From NCBI GenBank assembly GCA_018238825.1, contig JABCSP010000003.1, forward strand, positions 1 to 32,799: a DNA stretch of 32,799 nucleotides, read 5' to 3'. The notes under the pieces were generated by a model. That model was given only the letters and a program-made list of their open reading frames with translations, was not told the origin of the DNA and did not search any database. Shown in pieces: positions 8,512-17,528 of this stretch (positions within the stretch are counted from its first letter, which is position 1; every line of letters starts with the position of its first letter). The stretch is from Candidatus Thorarchaeota archaeon (GTDB taxonomy: Archaea; Asgardarchaeota; Thorarchaeia; Thorarchaeales; Thorarchaeaceae). Position numbers and translations under genes: made by a program.

Positions 8512-8883
8512 ATGGAGAGATCTATTAGATCCGGACCAACGGACCCAAATACACGCGCGCTGATTAATGCGCTCAGAAAAACATCTTCAAAACATGATGT
8601 TAGAATATGGAAACGAGTTGCTGAGCTTGTAGGCCGGCCCACTCGGAAGCGTCCTACTGTTAATGTAGGAAAGATTGAACGATATACTAACGCAGGCGAT
8701 ATAGTTGTAGTACCTGGAAAAGTTCTAGGTTCTGGAAACATGTCGCATAAGGTAACAGTTGCAGCACTAAATGCATCTTCTACCGCAAGATCTGCGATAG
8801 TTGGAGCAGGTGGCTCACTAATCTCAATTGATGAGCTATTGAAGCAGATTCCGAAAGGGAGCGGTATTACGATTATTGTGTAG
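8512..8883 (+). CDS. rpl18e: 50S ribosomal protein L18e
   Basis: IWKRVAE, VNVGKIER, VVVPGKVLGSG; synteny. Confidence 0.95.
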   Translation: MERSIRSGPTDPNTRALINALRKTSSKHDVRIWKRVAELVGRPTRKRPTVNVGKIERYTNAGDIVVVPGKVLGSGNMSHKVTVAALNASSTARSAIVGAGGSLISIDELLKQIPKGSGITIIV

Positions 8884-8892
8884 GTGATTCAT

Positions 8893-9345
8893 ATGAGTAC
8901 AGACACGATCAAAGTTTACGATGCCGAGCAAATGGTTGTTGGCCGACTCGGTTCCAAAGTTGCAAAGGCAGCGATATTGGGTGATAATATCGTCATAATA
9001 AATGCGGAAAAGGCCATTATCACTGGTGATCCAAGAACACTAATTGCAGCATGGAAAGAGAAATTCAATATTCGCACCTCTTACAAACCATGGAGAGGTC
9101 CATTCCATCACCGTCGACCGGATAAAATGGTACGAAGGATGATTAGAGGAATGCTTCCATGGCCAACCCCACGAGGTAAGGCTGCATACAAGCGTATCAA
9201 GGTGTACATTGGAACTCCTGAGCAATACGCAGATTCTGAAAAGATAGTATTGGAGAAATCACGCTACAGAAGCATGACACAGAAGCATATCAAGGTGCTA
9301 GAACTTAGTCAAGAACTAGGTTGGACACATCCGGAGGTTGCATGA
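8893..9345 (+). CDS. rpl13: 50S ribosomal protein L13
   Basis: DAEQMVVGRL, NAEKAIITG, RRMIRGMLP. Confidence 0.96.
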   Translation: MSTDTIKVYDAEQMVVGRLGSKVAKAAILGDNIVIINAEKAIITGDPRTLIAAWKEKFNIRTSYKPWRGPFHHRRPDKMVRRMIRGMLPWPTPRGKAAYKRIKVYIGTPEQYADSEKIVLEKSRYRSMTQKHIKVLELSQELGWTHPEVA

Positions 9346-9346
9346 A

Positions 9347-9745
9347 ATGAAAGTAGTAGTCAGTACAGGTAAGAGAAAAACCAGTCTTGCTAAAGCAACA
9401 GTTAGGGACGGTACCGGTCGAATTAGAATCAATGGACGACCTCTGGAAATTCATCAACCAGAGCTTGCACGAATGAGAATCATTGAACCTTTGATACTCT
9501 TTGGTGATGGCTGGAAACGCTATGACATCAAAGTGAGGGTTAAAGGAGGCGGTTTTATGAGTCAAGCTGATGCAATCCGAATGGCGATAGCAACAGGCTT
9601 GATTCGAATGAGCCAAGATTTTGAGGCTCGTTCAAAGATGATTGAACACGATAGAACGATGCTCGTCGGTGATCCCAGACGAACTGAACCAAAGAAGTTC
9701 GGTGGCCCTTCAGCGCGTTCAAGATACCAGAAATCATACAGGTGA
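9347..9745 (+). CDS. rps9: 30S ribosomal protein S9
   Basis: [37 protein letters not shown]; GGAGG RBS. Confidence 0.97.
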   Translation: MKVVVSTGKRKTSLAKATVRDGTGRIRINGRPLEIHQPELARMRIIEPLILFGDGWKRYDIKVRVKGGGFMSQADAIRMAIATGLIRMSQDFEARSKMIEHDRTMLVGDPRRTEPKKFGGPSARSRYQKSYR

Positions 9746-9755
9746 TGGGAAAGAA

Positions 9756-9971
9756 ATGATTATTCCAGTAAGATGTTTCACTTGTGGCAAAGTAGTAGCG
9801 GACAAATACGACCAATTCAAGCGTGAGGTCAGACAAGGAGAAGACCCAGCCACAGTTTTGGATAACCTTGGATTGAACAGATATTGTTGTCGAAGAATGC
9901 TACTCGCACACATTGACATTATTGACAGCTTCATGGCATTTGCCACAATACCCCCAACGGAGGGAACTTAG
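9756..9971 (+). CDS. rpoN: RNA polymerase subunit N (Rpo10)
   Basis: [12 protein letters not shown]...RYCCRRM; true start at 9756 inside the longer track ORF. Confidence 0.97.
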   Translation: MIIPVRCFTCGKVVADKYDQFKREVRQGEDPATVLDNLGLNRYCCRRMLLAHIDIIDSFMAFATIPPTEGT

Positions 9972-9974
9972 AAT

Positions 9975-10610
9975 ATGAGTGATTCAATTAACGATTCCGA
10001 AGATATGCTCGTGGACATGGATAAGTTCCTCGCGGCCGGAGTCCACATCGGAACCCAAGTAAAAACGCAGGATATGGAACCCTTTGTCTACAGACAACGC
10101 CCAATCGGTCTATACGTGCTTGACGTTCGTAAGACTGATGAGAGGGTAAGAGTAGCTGGAAAGTTCTTGGCTCGATTTGATCCTTCCAAGATTGTAGTGG
10201 TATCTGGTCGTGTCTATGGTAAAAGACCAGTTGAAACCTTTTCCTACTACATTGGAGCTAGTGCTTTCACAGAGAGATTTGTTCCTGGTACCCTAACCAA
10301 TCCAAACATTGCAGGACCACGAACTTACATTGAGCCAGATGTAGTGGTACTCACTGACCCCCGTACGGATCAGCAGGCGCTCAATGAGGCTGCAAGAATT
10401 GGAGTACCTGTAGTTGCATTATGTGATACTGATAACGTAACAACAAACATTGATCTTGTTATTCCTACGAACAACCGTGGTCGGAAATCACTTGCATTAG
10501 TATACTATCTTCTAACTACTCAGGTTCTGAAAGAGAGAGGCGATATGCCTGAAGATGGCGAGCCCGTATACACACCAGATGACTTTGAACCACAAGTACA
10601 GAGGTTCTGA
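9975..10610 (+). CDS. rps2: 30S ribosomal protein S2
   Basis: [31 protein letters not shown]. Confidence 0.97.
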   Translation: MSDSINDSEDMLVDMDKFLAAGVHIGTQVKTQDMEPFVYRQRPIGLYVLDVRKTDERVRVAGKFLARFDPSKIVVVSGRVYGKRPVETFSYYIGASAFTERFVPGTLTNPNIAGPRTYIEPDVVVLTDPRTDQQALNEAARIGVPVVALCDTDNVTTNIDLVIPTNNRGRKSLALVYYLLTTQVLKERGDMPEDGEPVYTPDDFEPQVQRF

Positions 10611-10614
10611 TAGT

Positions 10615-11004
10615 TCATCCTTCAATTAGAGTAACGACGCCATTATCGGCGTCAACCTCTATCTTTTGTCCGTTCTGAATTTTTCCAATATCAATCTGGT
10701 CTACTGCAGGTATCTCTGAAATGATACAACCCACTGCAACAACTGGGTCCATTACTTTGTTGACAATTGCAAGAGGCCCTTTTTCTGCCTTCTTTAATGC
10801 ATACAAGACATACGATCCTACAGTAGAACCTTTTCCACTAGGAAAGACTAGGATTTTTCCTGATACAGACTTTCCCTCTAGATGATGTCCCTTTTCTACT
10901 ATCTCACCAGTTTCAGGGTCACAACCACCGTAGAATGATATGTCATCTCCAGTAACTAGAGCTTCGCCAATTACTTTCCCCTTGAAGATTTTCCTTCCTT
11001 GCAT
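10615..11004 (-). CDS. AcnX small (swiveling, DUF126) subunit; phosphomevalonate dehydratase small subunit
   Basis: ISFYGGCDPETG, FPSGKGSTVGSYVLY; start overlaps stop of the large subunit. Confidence 0.88.
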   Translation of the reverse strand: MQGRKIFKGKVIGEALVTGDDISFYGGCDPETGEIVEKGHHLEGKSVSGKILVFPSGKGSTVGSYVLYALKKAEKGPLAIVNKVMDPVVAVGCIISEIPAVDQIDIGKIQNGQKIEVDADNGVVTLIEG

Positions 11005-12191
11005 TATGATATTGCCTCCTTGATACACTGTTCAATGGTCCGTATCTCTGTCTTGAATTTGTTCTTTCCACGTGCATAGAAACAGGCTTTTGCTGAGTCC
11101 GTCATTAGTCCGGTAAATTTGCCTTTCAAAGGTGCCACCGCACAACATGCATCCGCAACCAGAAAGGCACCTGCATTCTCAATTTTATCATAATATCCCA
11201 TCTTGACTGCTAGATCTTTGGTAGGTTTTGCTGTTGTTATCCAAACGGTTTTTCCATTTGCAACTTTCTTTCCATCAAGCATTCTTGCTATTTCTGCAAT
11301 CTCCTTTATACTAGCATGCGGACAACCTACGCTGATGAAATCAATTTTAGCCCCTTCATCATCGAGCTCTACCCGAGCTGCGCGTAAATCATCATCAGTC
11401 ACAACTTCAGTCTTATCAGGGATAGGGGTTCTGTTTGGTGTAATTCCTTCCATATGGAATATTGCCACACCGCCATAAGTAGCAACTGACGCACAGAATG
11501 ATTTGAGTTCTTCAATACTTGCTTTTTCCACTCCAGTGATGTATGGAATGGTCTTACCAGTTCTGGTACCAATGACCTGTCCAAGAAGCCCAAAGTCATC
11601 TGTATCCTTCAACTCTGCTTGGACATCATACTTGACCTGAGCTACCCTATTTTCTTCGAGATGAAAGCCATACTCTGCAGTTTTTCCTGTAAGTGCGGTT
11701 GCCAACGCACTAGGACCACCTTCTCTATTTGTTAATGCACCAATCACTGAGTTTGCAAAACATACTGCAGATGATTCAGCCCACGCAATGTGCTCTCCAT
11801 AGTGTGGTAAATTACCGATGAGATATGGTGTACAAGTACAGGTTGTAATCACTCCCATTCTCTCAAAAGCCTCAACCACACGTTCTTGGTTCATTGCAAA
11901 ATCTTCACTTATTCCATGTTTTTTCCACTCTAGCATATCCATTCCTGCGGGGTTGAGGGTGGTCAGAACTCGAACACGTCCATCTTCTGCTATCTCAGAG
12001 AGATACTCTAGACCTGCCTCTCCTAGATTGTGATACGAAACACCAGCAATCTGTACACTGGCCACTGGAATCAGTCTTTTTGCACCATAGATTTCGCCTA
12101 AGGTAGTGATGATTTCCATGGCTTTCCGAGTTGCTTTTCCATGCTTACCTTCAAGCATCTCTTTCTCTTCTGGGGTTAGAATGAGACTCAT
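11004..12191 (-). CDS. AcnX large (DUF521) subunit; phosphomevalonate dehydratase large subunit
   Basis: GVSYHNLG, TCTCTPY, WAESSA, NREGGP, VGCPH, DAC, TDSAK. Confidence 0.88.
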   Translation of the reverse strand: MSLILTPEEKEMLEGKHGKATRKAMEIITTLGEIYGAKRLIPVASVQIAGVSYHNLGEAGLEYLSEIAEDGRVRVLTTLNPAGMDMLEWKKHGISEDFAMNQERVVEAFERMGVITTCTCTPYLIGNLPHYGEHIAWAESSAVCFANSVIGALTNREGGPSALATALTGKTAEYGFHLEENRVAQVKYDVQAELKDTDDFGLLGQVIGTRTGKTIPYITGVEKASIEELKSFCASVATYGGVAIFHMEGITPNRTPIPDKTEVVTDDDLRAARVELDDEGAKIDFISVGCPHASIKEIAEIARMLDGKKVANGKTVWITTAKPTKDLAVKMGYYDKIENAGAFLVADACCAVAPLKGKFTGLMTDSAKACFYARGKNKFKTEIRTIEQCIKEAIS

Positions 12192-12192
12192 T

Positions 12193-13500
12193 TCACTCAC
12201 CTAGATACTTTTTCAAATCGACTTCTGGGAACTTTGCTTTGTCGAAACTCTTACCCTTGGTATCCATTGTTTTAGTGCAATCAAAACCACACTTAGTAGT
12301 CATTTTTGTACCAGGTTCTGCACTGGGATCTAACGAGCTACCAGGTTCCTGATCCTTGATTAAAAGATCAACATCGGCCTGAAATCGTGTGGCCATTGCC
12401 CATTCTCGCTCTTCATCAGAGTAGATGTCGATATCATCGTCATATACCCAGATGTGTTTAGCACTTTTATGACCTGAAAAAGCTCCTTCAAGGGCTTGGA
12501 TTCCATCATCTTCATTCTTTTTCCTAATTTTTATTGCTACATGAAGCCAACTGGCTCCACCAGGTGTGATATTGACATCTAAGACATCAATACCTTTTTC
12601 CTTGACTTTCCTGAAAACAGTTGGTTCTCTCGGCATCCCCATCAGAATCTTATGCTCATCTCTTCCTGGTAAGAGTCCCTGCCATATTGCAGTCTTTCTG
12701 TGGGTGATTTTCTTCACTTCGAAGATTGGCTCTTGACGAATCACATCAACGGTTTCCGTTAAGTCAATGAATGGTCCTTCATCATGCTTTTCCTCCAGAA
12801 TAATTTTTCCTTCTAGAATAAATTCGGAATCTGCTGGAATCATCAAATCAACAGTTTTAGCTCGTGTAACAGAAATCTTTCGAAGAGCATTTGCTATCTC
12901 TAATTCATTTATTCCAGTTTCTACCGATGTTGCAGCAGCAATCAATACTTCTGGAGTGTTTCCAATACAGAACGCAACATCAACTTCTCCATTTCGTTCC
13001 AAGAATTTATGGAAATCTCTCCCTCTGACAACTCTTACTACCATCTTGTTTTTACTTATCTGCATGGCTCTGTGAAAATCAAGATTTTGACCAAATTCTG
13101 AATCTGCTGCTACTACAACACCAGAGGAGATGTAGGGTCCACCATCGACCTTATTGTGTATTAGAATTGGTAACTTGTCAAGATCTACTTGGTTTTCAAC
13201 CACTTCTTGACATGGGGCTTCGTCAGTCTGATTAGGATTACTTCGTTTTTCTATTGCTCTTGTAAGAGTTGGGATTATTTCTTCTGTGGTTATCCCAAAA
13301 TAGTCCGCAATCTGCTTCTTATTGCAGAATAAGTTACCTGCAACTCGAAATGCACTTTCCTTAACATTCTCAAACAATGCGGGCTGTGGTTCGAGACTCT
13401 TCAATACACCAGCAATCTCAAGATTCTTTGAGATTCTCTCAGTGATAGTAGTAATTTTTCCATTCTGTTGTAGATTTTTGATGTATTCTTCAAGTATCAT
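12193..13500 (-). CDS. UbiD-family decarboxylase; probable anhydromevalonate phosphate decarboxylase
   Basis: DGGPYI, FHR, EGPF, DDDID, WAMATR, GSSLDPS; operon with mvk and AcnX. Confidence 0.85.
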   Translation of the reverse strand: MILEEYIKNLQQNGKITTITERISKNLEIAGVLKSLEPQPALFENVKESAFRVAGNLFCNKKQIADYFGITTEEIIPTLTRAIEKRSNPNQTDEAPCQEVVENQVDLDKLPILIHNKVDGGPYISSGVVVAADSEFGQNLDFHRAMQISKNKMVVRVVRGRDFHKFLERNGEVDVAFCIGNTPEVLIAAATSVETGINELEIANALRKISVTRAKTVDLMIPADSEFILEGKIILEEKHDEGPFIDLTETVDVIRQEPIFEVKKITHRKTAIWQGLLPGRDEHKILMGMPREPTVFRKVKEKGIDVLDVNITPGGASWLHVAIKIRKKNEDDGIQALEGAFSGHKSAKHIWVYDDDIDIYSDEEREWAMATRFQADVDLLIKDQEPGSSLDPSAEPGTKMTTKCGFDCTKTMDTKGKSFDKAKFPEVDLKKYLGE

Positions 13501-13510
13501 GATACTCACC

Positions 13511-14452
13511 TCAAAGTCCGAATGATGTCAGCCATACTCCAGCAGCTCCTGCTTTTTCAAGAGATTCTGCTATTTGTTTGGCTGTAGCCTCATCAGGTGC
13601 AAGCGCAATCATATTCCCCCCACGACCGGTTCCTGTCATTTTTGCACCTATTGCACCATTCTCACGTGCTACTTTTACCAAATTATCTAATTCTTCACAT
13701 GAAACAGTCAATTCTTGAAGTAACTCGTGATTCTTGTTCATTAATTTACCAACCTTTGGTAAGTCGAGTTGAATCAGTCCATCTTTTCCTTCGTGAACAA
13801 CTTGGTTGTATTTCTCAGAGATTGAATCAAACCATTCTGGGTCGGCTTCTTTTCTTATTTTTACAGCTCCTACAACTTCAATTGTACTTGCTGTAATGCC
13901 CGTTGAAGCAATTACAAGATTTACTTCTTTATCAAGCTTCAATCTCTCGAATTGTGGAGGTCCGCCATTCAAATCCCGTTCAAACCAGACTAATCCTCCG
14001 TATGTTGATGCAGTATTATCTAGACCAGAAGGAGTTCCATGATAGCCTTTCTCTCCTTCATAGGCGGCTTCATTGACCTGTTCATCATTAAGGCCAAGTT
14101 TGAACTCATCATTTAGAGATCTTACAATTGCCACACAACTGGCTGCACTTGCCCCAATTCCTGAAGCACAGACAAGATTCCCTTCAAGATCAATTTGAAA
14201 TCCCATTCTTGTGGTGTCGATATTGAGATGGTTCAGTATATTTTCTAGGGAGGCTTCCTGCTCTTGATACTTTTTCTCTTTGTATCCTGGCATGGCAAGT
14301 CGATTATCAACAAGAGTATGTCCGAAAGAGCGTACCCTTGTCAATTTTGCTGTTGTAACTGATGATATTCCTGCTGCTATAGCTGGATGTCCATAGACTA
14401 CAAAGTGTTCTCCAAACAGAATAGCTTTACCTTTACCTGAACCGGTTCCCAT
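13511..14452 (-). CDS. mvk: Mevalonate kinase
   Basis: GKAILFGEHFVVYG, SGIGASAA, HGTPSGLD, GAKMTGTGRGG GHMP motifs. Confidence 0.9.
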   Translation of the reverse strand: MGTGSGKGKAILFGEHFVVYGHPAIAAGISSVTTAKLTRVRSFGHTLVDNRLAMPGYKEKKYQEQEASLENILNHLNIDTTRMGFQIDLEGNLVCASGIGASAASCVAIVRSLNDEFKLGLNDEQVNEAAYEGEKGYHGTPSGLDNTASTYGGLVWFERDLNGGPPQFERLKLDKEVNLVIASTGITASTIEVVGAVKIRKEADPEWFDSISEKYNQVVHEGKDGLIQLDLPKVGKLMNKNHELLQELTVSCEELDNLVKVARENGAIGAKMTGTGRGGNMIALAPDEATAKQIAESLEKAGAAGVWLTSFGL

Positions 14453-14600
14453 GGTTTCTCTCACTCACCGTCTTGGTTTGTGAAACCGGCTTAGTTAATC
14501 GGTACTTTTGAACTCTTCCGTCGACATTATTCTAACTTCTTTCATAACACAAGATTATTGTTGGATTCAGAAAAGAAATGAACCTCTGGAGTACTTGTTT

Positions 14601-15566
14601 GTGAAAATACTTGATCTGTTCTGTGGTGCTGGTGGATTCTTTCATGGATTCTCCTCCCTTTCAAAAGGCTCTCATCTTGCTATTGATATAGATGAACATG
14701 CAATTGAAACCTACAGGCTCAATCATCCTAATGCTAAGACATTACAGACAGATATCAACAATATCCACTCACAACAAATCGAAGAAGAACTGGGTGGCAC
14801 TCCTGACATTATCATTGCTTCTCCACCTTGTGAAGAGTTCAGCAAAGCCAATCCTGATAGCCGAGGGTCTACAGCAGATCGGATTTACGGCGAAGGAACT
14901 GCAAAATTATTACTAGATGCAATTCGGATAATAGGGGATTTTGCTCCAAAAGCATTCGTTATCGAAAATGTTGCAGCGCTTCTTCTAGATGGAGGAAAGG
15001 AAATCATCAAGCGTGAGTTCGAACGTGTTGATATTGACAATGTTGAGTTTAATCTGATTAGGGCCCATCAACATGGAAATCCGTCAAAACGATTACGGGT
15101 CTTCATCAGTAATATCCGAATAAAACCTCCACGAAGAAACCCACCTACAGTCATGGAAACTATAGGAGATCTTCCATCACTTGATATCAATGAGATTTTC
15201 AATCCCGGACAGATATTTCCTAATCACGAAATCTATCATTTGTCCGATGATAAGATGAAGTCTGTACGAAAGACCCGCTGGGGTCAAGGAGCCAAACATT
15301 TCCGTGTATCAAAGAGGCGGAGCCTACCAAACTGGGTTCGCTTATTCCCAGATCGGCTTGCCACTTCAATTAACGGTCTCTCACGGTATGTACATCCGTA
15401 TGAACATAGGCTGTTGTCAGTAAGAGAACATGCAAGACTTATGAGCTATCCAGATTCGTTTGTCTTTGTTGGGTCTAAAGACAGCCAATACAATCAAGTG
15501 GGTGAGAGTGTTCCCCCATTAGTATCATATCTAATTGCACAGGAGGTTCGTGCACATATTGAATGA
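14601..15566 (+). CDS. Orphan C5-cytosine methyltransferase (Dcm/Dnmt2 fold)
   Basis: Motif I FCGAGG, IV SPPC, VI ENV, VIII KRLR, IX REHARL, X QVGESVP; GTG start with GGAG. Confidence 0.88.
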   Translation: MKILDLFCGAGGFFHGFSSLSKGSHLAIDIDEHAIETYRLNHPNAKTLQTDINNIHSQQIEEELGGTPDIIIASPPCEEFSKANPDSRGSTADRIYGEGTAKLLLDAIRIIGDFAPKAFVIENVAALLLDGGKEIIKREFERVDIDNVEFNLIRAHQHGNPSKRLRVFISNIRIKPPRRNPPTVMETIGDLPSLDINEIFNPGQIFPNHEIYHLSDDKMKSVRKTRWGQGAKHFRVSKRRSLPNWVRLFPDRLATSINGLSRYVHPYEHRLLSVREHARLMSYPDSFVFVGSKDSQYNQVGESVPPLVSYLIAQEVRAHIE

Positions 15567-16035
15567 ATCCCTCAAAAACGTCTATGTTGTTCTCCACAAT
15601 GTTCACTCTGCATCAAAAACGATTGAAACTGCTCAGGTTGTTTATGGACTTGGCTTTCCAAATTTCGTTGTATCAAAAGCTGAAGGGTCATCGGCACAGT
15701 CTGGTGTTCCTGATGCAAATCGTCTAGCGATTAGGATGAAGCATAACTTCATGGTTTTACCAGATTTGAAAGATGTTCTAGAGGTCCTTAAAATTGACTA
15801 CTCTCTGTTAGTTACTTCTCCCAAGCTTGTAAAAGAACATGTAGATCTAAATCAATTATCTGAACGATGTCAGACAGGAGATAGAATTGCCATTATACTC
15901 TCAGGAAGTAACAGCTCTTTCTCTAGGAAAGAAATGGATTTGGGTGAATGTCGAAGTCTTGAAGCTCTTGTAGATATTGGTCCTGCAGGTTCAGCTGCAA
16001 TAATTATCTATTCATTATCAACGAAGAAAGAGTAA
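15559..16035 (+). CDS. DUF2122-like / SPOUT-like protein
   Basis: VVLHNVHS, AQSGVP, LPDLKD, SGSNSSFSRKE (SPOUT knot-like); overlaps MTase stop; AGGAGG RBS. Confidence 0.65.
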   Translation: MNESLKNVYVVLHNVHSASKTIETAQVVYGLGFPNFVVSKAEGSSAQSGVPDANRLAIRMKHNFMVLPDLKDVLEVLKIDYSLLVTSPKLVKEHVDLNQLSERCQTGDRIAIILSGSNSSFSRKEMDLGECRSLEALVDIGPAGSAAIIIYSLSTKKE

Positions 16036-16134
16036 TGGTGGGCCGGACGAGATTTGAACTCGCGATCCCTTGGATTTTCGCCAGAATTTGAATGGTTCCG
16101 AACCAAGAATCATACCAATCTAGACCACCGACCC
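16036..16134 (-). tRNA. tRNA-Pro(CGG) with 22-nt 37/38 intron (16075-16096); CCA encoded
   Basis: GGGTCGG/CCGGCCC-A-CCA acceptor; D arm GTCTAGATTGGTATGAT; CTTGG-TT-CGG-A^T-CCAAG; T loop TTCAAAT; BHB TTCG/CGAA with GAA and AAT bulges. Confidence 0.93.
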
Positions 16135-16136
16135 AG

Positions 16137-16994
16137 TCATTGATTCAGTCGCTCTGGATTGGATTTAATCATTTCGTTAAAACGTTCTCTCATCCAACCA
16201 ATTGTGCCAAGGTATAATCCATCAGTACTATAAATTTCTGATTCAAGTACATCCACACACGAGTTTTCAAAGAGTGGCCCTTGAAATTCTGAACGTGGTG
16301 AATTAACTGTGATACCTGAAATAAGCTGATTGAAGCTAGGTAGAGTGGTAAGTGTTGCCATATCATCATCAGGAATCTCTAGCATTCCAAGACGCTTTCG
16401 AACACAATTCTTGCTCAGTTTAGAATTAAGTACGACTGGTACAGAACCCACATATCTCCTTCTGTCACCACGTCCAATCTCGGGCTTTGATACTGTTCGA
16501 AATCGACTAACCGCTGGATGATTATGACCTGCAATGAATCGTGATGCTTCCAATAGCTCTGAGGCTGGCCATGCATGACCATGCAAGAGACCTATCCTTT
16601 CATCACTCTCTCCTATCAATATCCCATGAACATCAGCTAGTTCAACACGGTGTGGAAGTAATGATTCAAGATTTCCATCATGATTTCCTGGTATGATCAC
16701 AGTGTCAACAATCTCTGTAAGATTTTGCATAAATTCGGGAATTATATCCCAATTGTATGGAATATCGGTCAAAATAGTATGTTTGACATCCCCTACAATA
16801 TACAAGGAATACAGCTCGTACTTTCTAACAAGTGATTTGATTCGCTCAAGGATAATAACATCCTGTAATGGAAAATGAATACCTCTCTCTTCTGAGATTT
16901 CTTCCTCGATACCTAGATGGAGATCTGAAATTATCAGTGCTGATACACTATCACCACGAATAATCAAGCCCCTGTCTTCAAATATTATCTCCAT
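16137..16994 (-). CDS. Calcineurin-like metallophosphoesterase
   Basis: SDLHLG, GDVKH, GNHD, HGH, GHNHP. Confidence 0.88.
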   Translation of the reverse strand: MEIIFEDRGLIIRGDSVSALIISDLHLGIEEEISEERGIHFPLQDVIILERIKSLVRKYELYSLYIVGDVKHTILTDIPYNWDIIPEFMQNLTEIVDTVIIPGNHDGNLESLLPHRVELADVHGILIGESDERIGLLHGHAWPASELLEASRFIAGHNHPAVSRFRTVSKPEIGRGDRRRYVGSVPVVLNSKLSKNCVRKRLGMLEIPDDDMATLTTLPSFNQLISGITVNSPRSEFQGPLFENSCVDVLESEIYSTDGLYLGTIGWMRERFNEMIKSNPERLNQ

Positions 16995-17057
16995 TGCGAA
17001 ATTTTGTTCGAAGGTACAACATTTTAACTTCGTCATGTTAGAGATTACGTGAGGAAT

Positions 17058-17444
17058 ATGGCCCTTTCATTAATAGAGGAGAAGAAACTCTCAAGAGAGA
17101 ACCTCACCCAAAGTGATATTGATTATTTTCGTAAAAAGTATGGGAAGAAGTTCATTAGAGCTCTTCGCGTCGTTGAAGAAAAGAAAGTGGATAAATACCA
17201 GTTCAAACCCAGTGGTTCTATAACGTGGATTGTGAGGGGACGAGCGCGTCAGTATATGGTGATTCCCAAGGTCTATTGTACTTGTCGAAGTTTCTACCAA
17301 GAAGTTGTGATATCTCGGGACAGTAACATGTGTTATCATTTACTTGCTCAACAGATTGCTGAAATCCGTGACCAATACAAACTCGTAGACTCAACTGATA
17401 CTGAGAGACGAAATCTGTATGTTGACTGGCGTAGGACTGATTGA
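17058..17444 (+). CDS. SWIM zinc-finger protein
   Basis: CTC...CYH pattern preceded by WIVRG; GAGG RBS. Confidence 0.8.
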   Translation: MALSLIEEKKLSRENLTQSDIDYFRKKYGKKFIRALRVVEEKKVDKYQFKPSGSITWIVRGRARQYMVIPKVYCTCRSFYQEVVISRDSNMCYHLLAQQIAEIRDQYKLVDSTDTERRNLYVDWRRTD

Positions 17445-17528
17445 CTATTGGCATTAGAACTGAAGATAACTTTAAAACACGGCCCCAAGTTTGGCACGCT
17501 GATTGCGCAAAGAGGTCGGATACGTTCC

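Noticed and set aside
9642-9755. N-terminal extension of RpoN in the ORF track
   Set aside because: Overlaps rps9; the conserved MIIPVRC start with GGTGA SD is at 9756
16097-16102. Reading the tRNA anticodon as TCG (Arg) to restore G37
   Set aside because: D-arm spacing, anticodon stem, BHB register and A73 all fit Pro(CGG)
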